This document shows, piece after piece, positions 61,665 through 64,000 of a stretch of 64,000 bases of DNA; position 1 is the stretch's first letter; each line of letters starts with the position of its first letter. The notes beneath the pieces were generated by a model. It saw only the letters and a program-made list of their open reading frames with translations. It was not told where the DNA came from and did no database searches. Both the position numbers and the translations under genes were made by a program. Source of the stretch: Stegostoma tigrinum (lineage: Eukaryota); contig NC_081381.1 of assembly GCF_030684315.1 (NCBI RefSeq), positions 32,656,784-32,720,783 on the forward strand, read 5' to 3'.

Positions 61665-63720
61665 ATATCACAGTCACTGCTCCCCAGCCCTGGTATATTT
61701 AATGGTGAAATGCCATCCATACTATGAGTGCATCGCCACTATCCTGACAGTGGTCTATCTCCTACCCAATGCAAAAATGAAGAGTATACTTGATGAAGTA
61801 TACAGTGCTATAAACAGTCGTGAGATGAAAGCCTTGTTCATCATAGCCAGTGATTTCAATCGAGCCATCAAAAGTGCACTACCAAAATTCCACCAACATG
61901 TTTCCTGTACCACTAGTGGTCTTAACATCCTTCTCCATTGCTACACAACCATAAAAGATGCCTACTACTCCATCCCCTGCCCACATTTTGGAAAATCAAA
62001 CAATGACGCTGTGGTCCTCCACTTACAAGCTGAAAAATGCAGCAAGAGGACCCAATACAGAAAGTAGTGCAGCATTGGTCTGAGGAAACAGAAGGGCTTT
62101 TACTGGACTGCTTAGGATCCATGGACTGGTCCATATTCAATAATTCAGTGGCCAACCTAACCAAGTGTGTCACTACCATTATAGACTTCATTAGTAAGTA
62201 TGTAGATGACTTTGTGCCAAAGAAATTAATCCAACTGTTTCTCAAACGGAAACCATGGATGAACCAGGAGATCCACGTCCTACCAAAGTCCAGGTCTGAG
62301 GTGTTCTAGTCAGGCAACCCTAACTTATACGGAAATCAGGTATGACATTCATAAGGCCATCAGGGACGCCAAGAGGCAATACCTAACTAAGCTTAAGACC
62401 CAGACCCATCATTTGTGGCAAGACTTATATGTCATAACTTGCTACAAAACAAAGTCAACCAGAATCATAGACAATAATACATCTCTACCCAATGAGCTCA
62501 ATGCATTCAACTGTCACTTTGAACAGAGGGGCAGTGAAACAATGTCACCTATCCTAACAGCCTCGGATGCACCTGTACCCTTAGTCACCACTGCATATGC
62601 TATAATGGCCTCCTTAAGGGTGAGTCCATGGAAAGCAACCACGCCTGATTGATTCCCCAGCTGTGCACTCAGATCTGTGCAGACCACTTGGTGGGAGTAT
62701 TCTCGGACATCTTCAACCTCTCCTTACTATGATTTGAAGTCCACCTGCTTCAAGAAACCATCATCGTCCCAGTGCCAAAGAAAAATCATGCAGCATGCCT
62801 TGATGACTACTGCCCAGTGGCTCTGACATTTGTAAAAATGAAGTGCTTCAAGAATTTGGTCATGGCTCACATCAACTCCTGCCTCTCAGACTGCATTGAT
62901 CCCTTGTAATTCATTTATTGGTGCAATAGAGCCACGGTAGAGGCCATCTCCCTGGCCCTACATGTTGTAAAGACAACATCCCTCCATCAACATCAAAATA
63001 AAGAAGCTGGTCATTGAATTCAGGAAGTGGAGTGGAGCATACACCCGTCTCTCCATCAATGGATACTGAGGTGGAGTAGTCGACAGTGTCAAGTTCCTGG
63101 GCGTGAAGATCACCAGCAGCCTGTCCTGTCCATCCACATTGATTCTGCAGTCAAGAAAACACAGCAATACCTTTACTCACCTCATAAAGCAAAGGAAATT
63201 TGGCATGTCCATATAGATTCTGTCAAATTTTTATAGATGCAGTATAGAAAGCATCCAATCTGGATGCATAACTGCATGGTATGGCAACAGCTCTTCCCAA
63301 GAGCAAAAGAAATTACAGAGTGGTGAACACAGCCCAGTCCATCATGCAAACCAGCCTCCCAACCACTGACTTAATCTATACTTCCCATTGCATCAGGAAA
63401 GCAACCAACATAATCAAAGGTCTCTCCCAACCCAGTTATGATCTTTTCCAACCTCTTCCATCAGGTAGAGAATATAAAAATTTGTCTACACATATAAACA
63501 GATTCAAGCTTCTTCCCTGCTCTTATTAGGCTTTTGAATGGACCTCTTTAATGTTAATGTTGATCTCTCTACGTACGTTCACAGCAGCTGCAACATTTTA
63601 TCCTGCACTTTGTTCTGTTACCCTGATGCACTTGTATAGTACGATCTGCCAGTAAAGCATGTAAGACAACACTTTTCACTGTACCTCGGTACACATGACA
63701 GTAATAAATCAAATCAAACA
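61665..63720 (+). mobile_element. Rex1/Babar-type LINE in ZMYND12 intron 1, decayed and internally deleted
   Basis: FIIASDFN, PHFGKSNNDAV, KPWMNQEI and LPNELNAF motifs; aataaatcaaatcaaa tail; related to 16720-19125. Confidence 0.85.
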
Positions 63721-64000
63721 TGAATATGTAAAATGTAAAGCTGTCAGCAGAACACAAGAACATTGAAATGAAGCAAAATTGCCTTGGCACACCAGGGAAC
63801 TCCAGCCTCCCAGAAACAGTGCATCACAATTATCAGTATAATAGAAATGTATAAGCATGTCAATAGGCCTGGAATCTGGCATTAATCAGTTGTTGCAGGC
63901 CCATCTGCTGCATTATATCTTTTGGGCAGAAAGCAGCTGACAAGCTATAGAAATCAATACCCACACTGCACCGTAAATGCCTTCACCCTCCTGGACTGTC

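Noticed and set aside
1-64000. Prokaryotic-type systems (CRISPR arrays, operons, retrons)
   Set aside because: There are no regularly spaced repeat-spacer arrays. The RT fragments are eukaryotic non-LTR elements and the genes are spliceosomal.

Overview
This is eukaryotic vertebrate DNA. The repeat content (CR1/HER1-type LINEs, HE1-type V-SINEs, Deu-domain SINEs, Rex1/Babar, RTE, L2, Penelope-like fragments) points to a cartilaginous fish, probably a shark; the species call is inference. I reconstructed four spliced genes by hand from splice sites, reading frame and recalled protein similarity. They are the 5' part of CCDC30 (-; coding exons 27994-27977 and 7933-7748), a complete 16-exon UTP3/SAS10 (+; 29007-54387, 485 aa), a complete 3-exon PPCS (-; 60913-56725, 321 aa) and the first coding exon of ZMYND12 (+; 61248-61363). 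They form two head-to-head pairs (CCDC30/UTP3 and PPCS/ZMYND12), with UTP3 and PPCS convergent. Three points stand out. (1) An intron-rich UTP3 lies between PPCS and CCDC30, whereas mammalian UTP3 is intronless and located elsewhere, so this is probably the ancestral locus. (2) About 15 tiny Penelope-type insertions occur. Several have target-site duplications (TSDs), several are fold-back, and the better-preserved ones carry a minimal type I hammerhead ribozyme core (CTGANGA-stem-GAAAC-GTC/GTT). (3) A local inverted templated copy spans an element/flank junction. Nearly all ORFs in the supplied track are LINE remnants or noise. Repeat boundaries are approximate, and no database searches were run.
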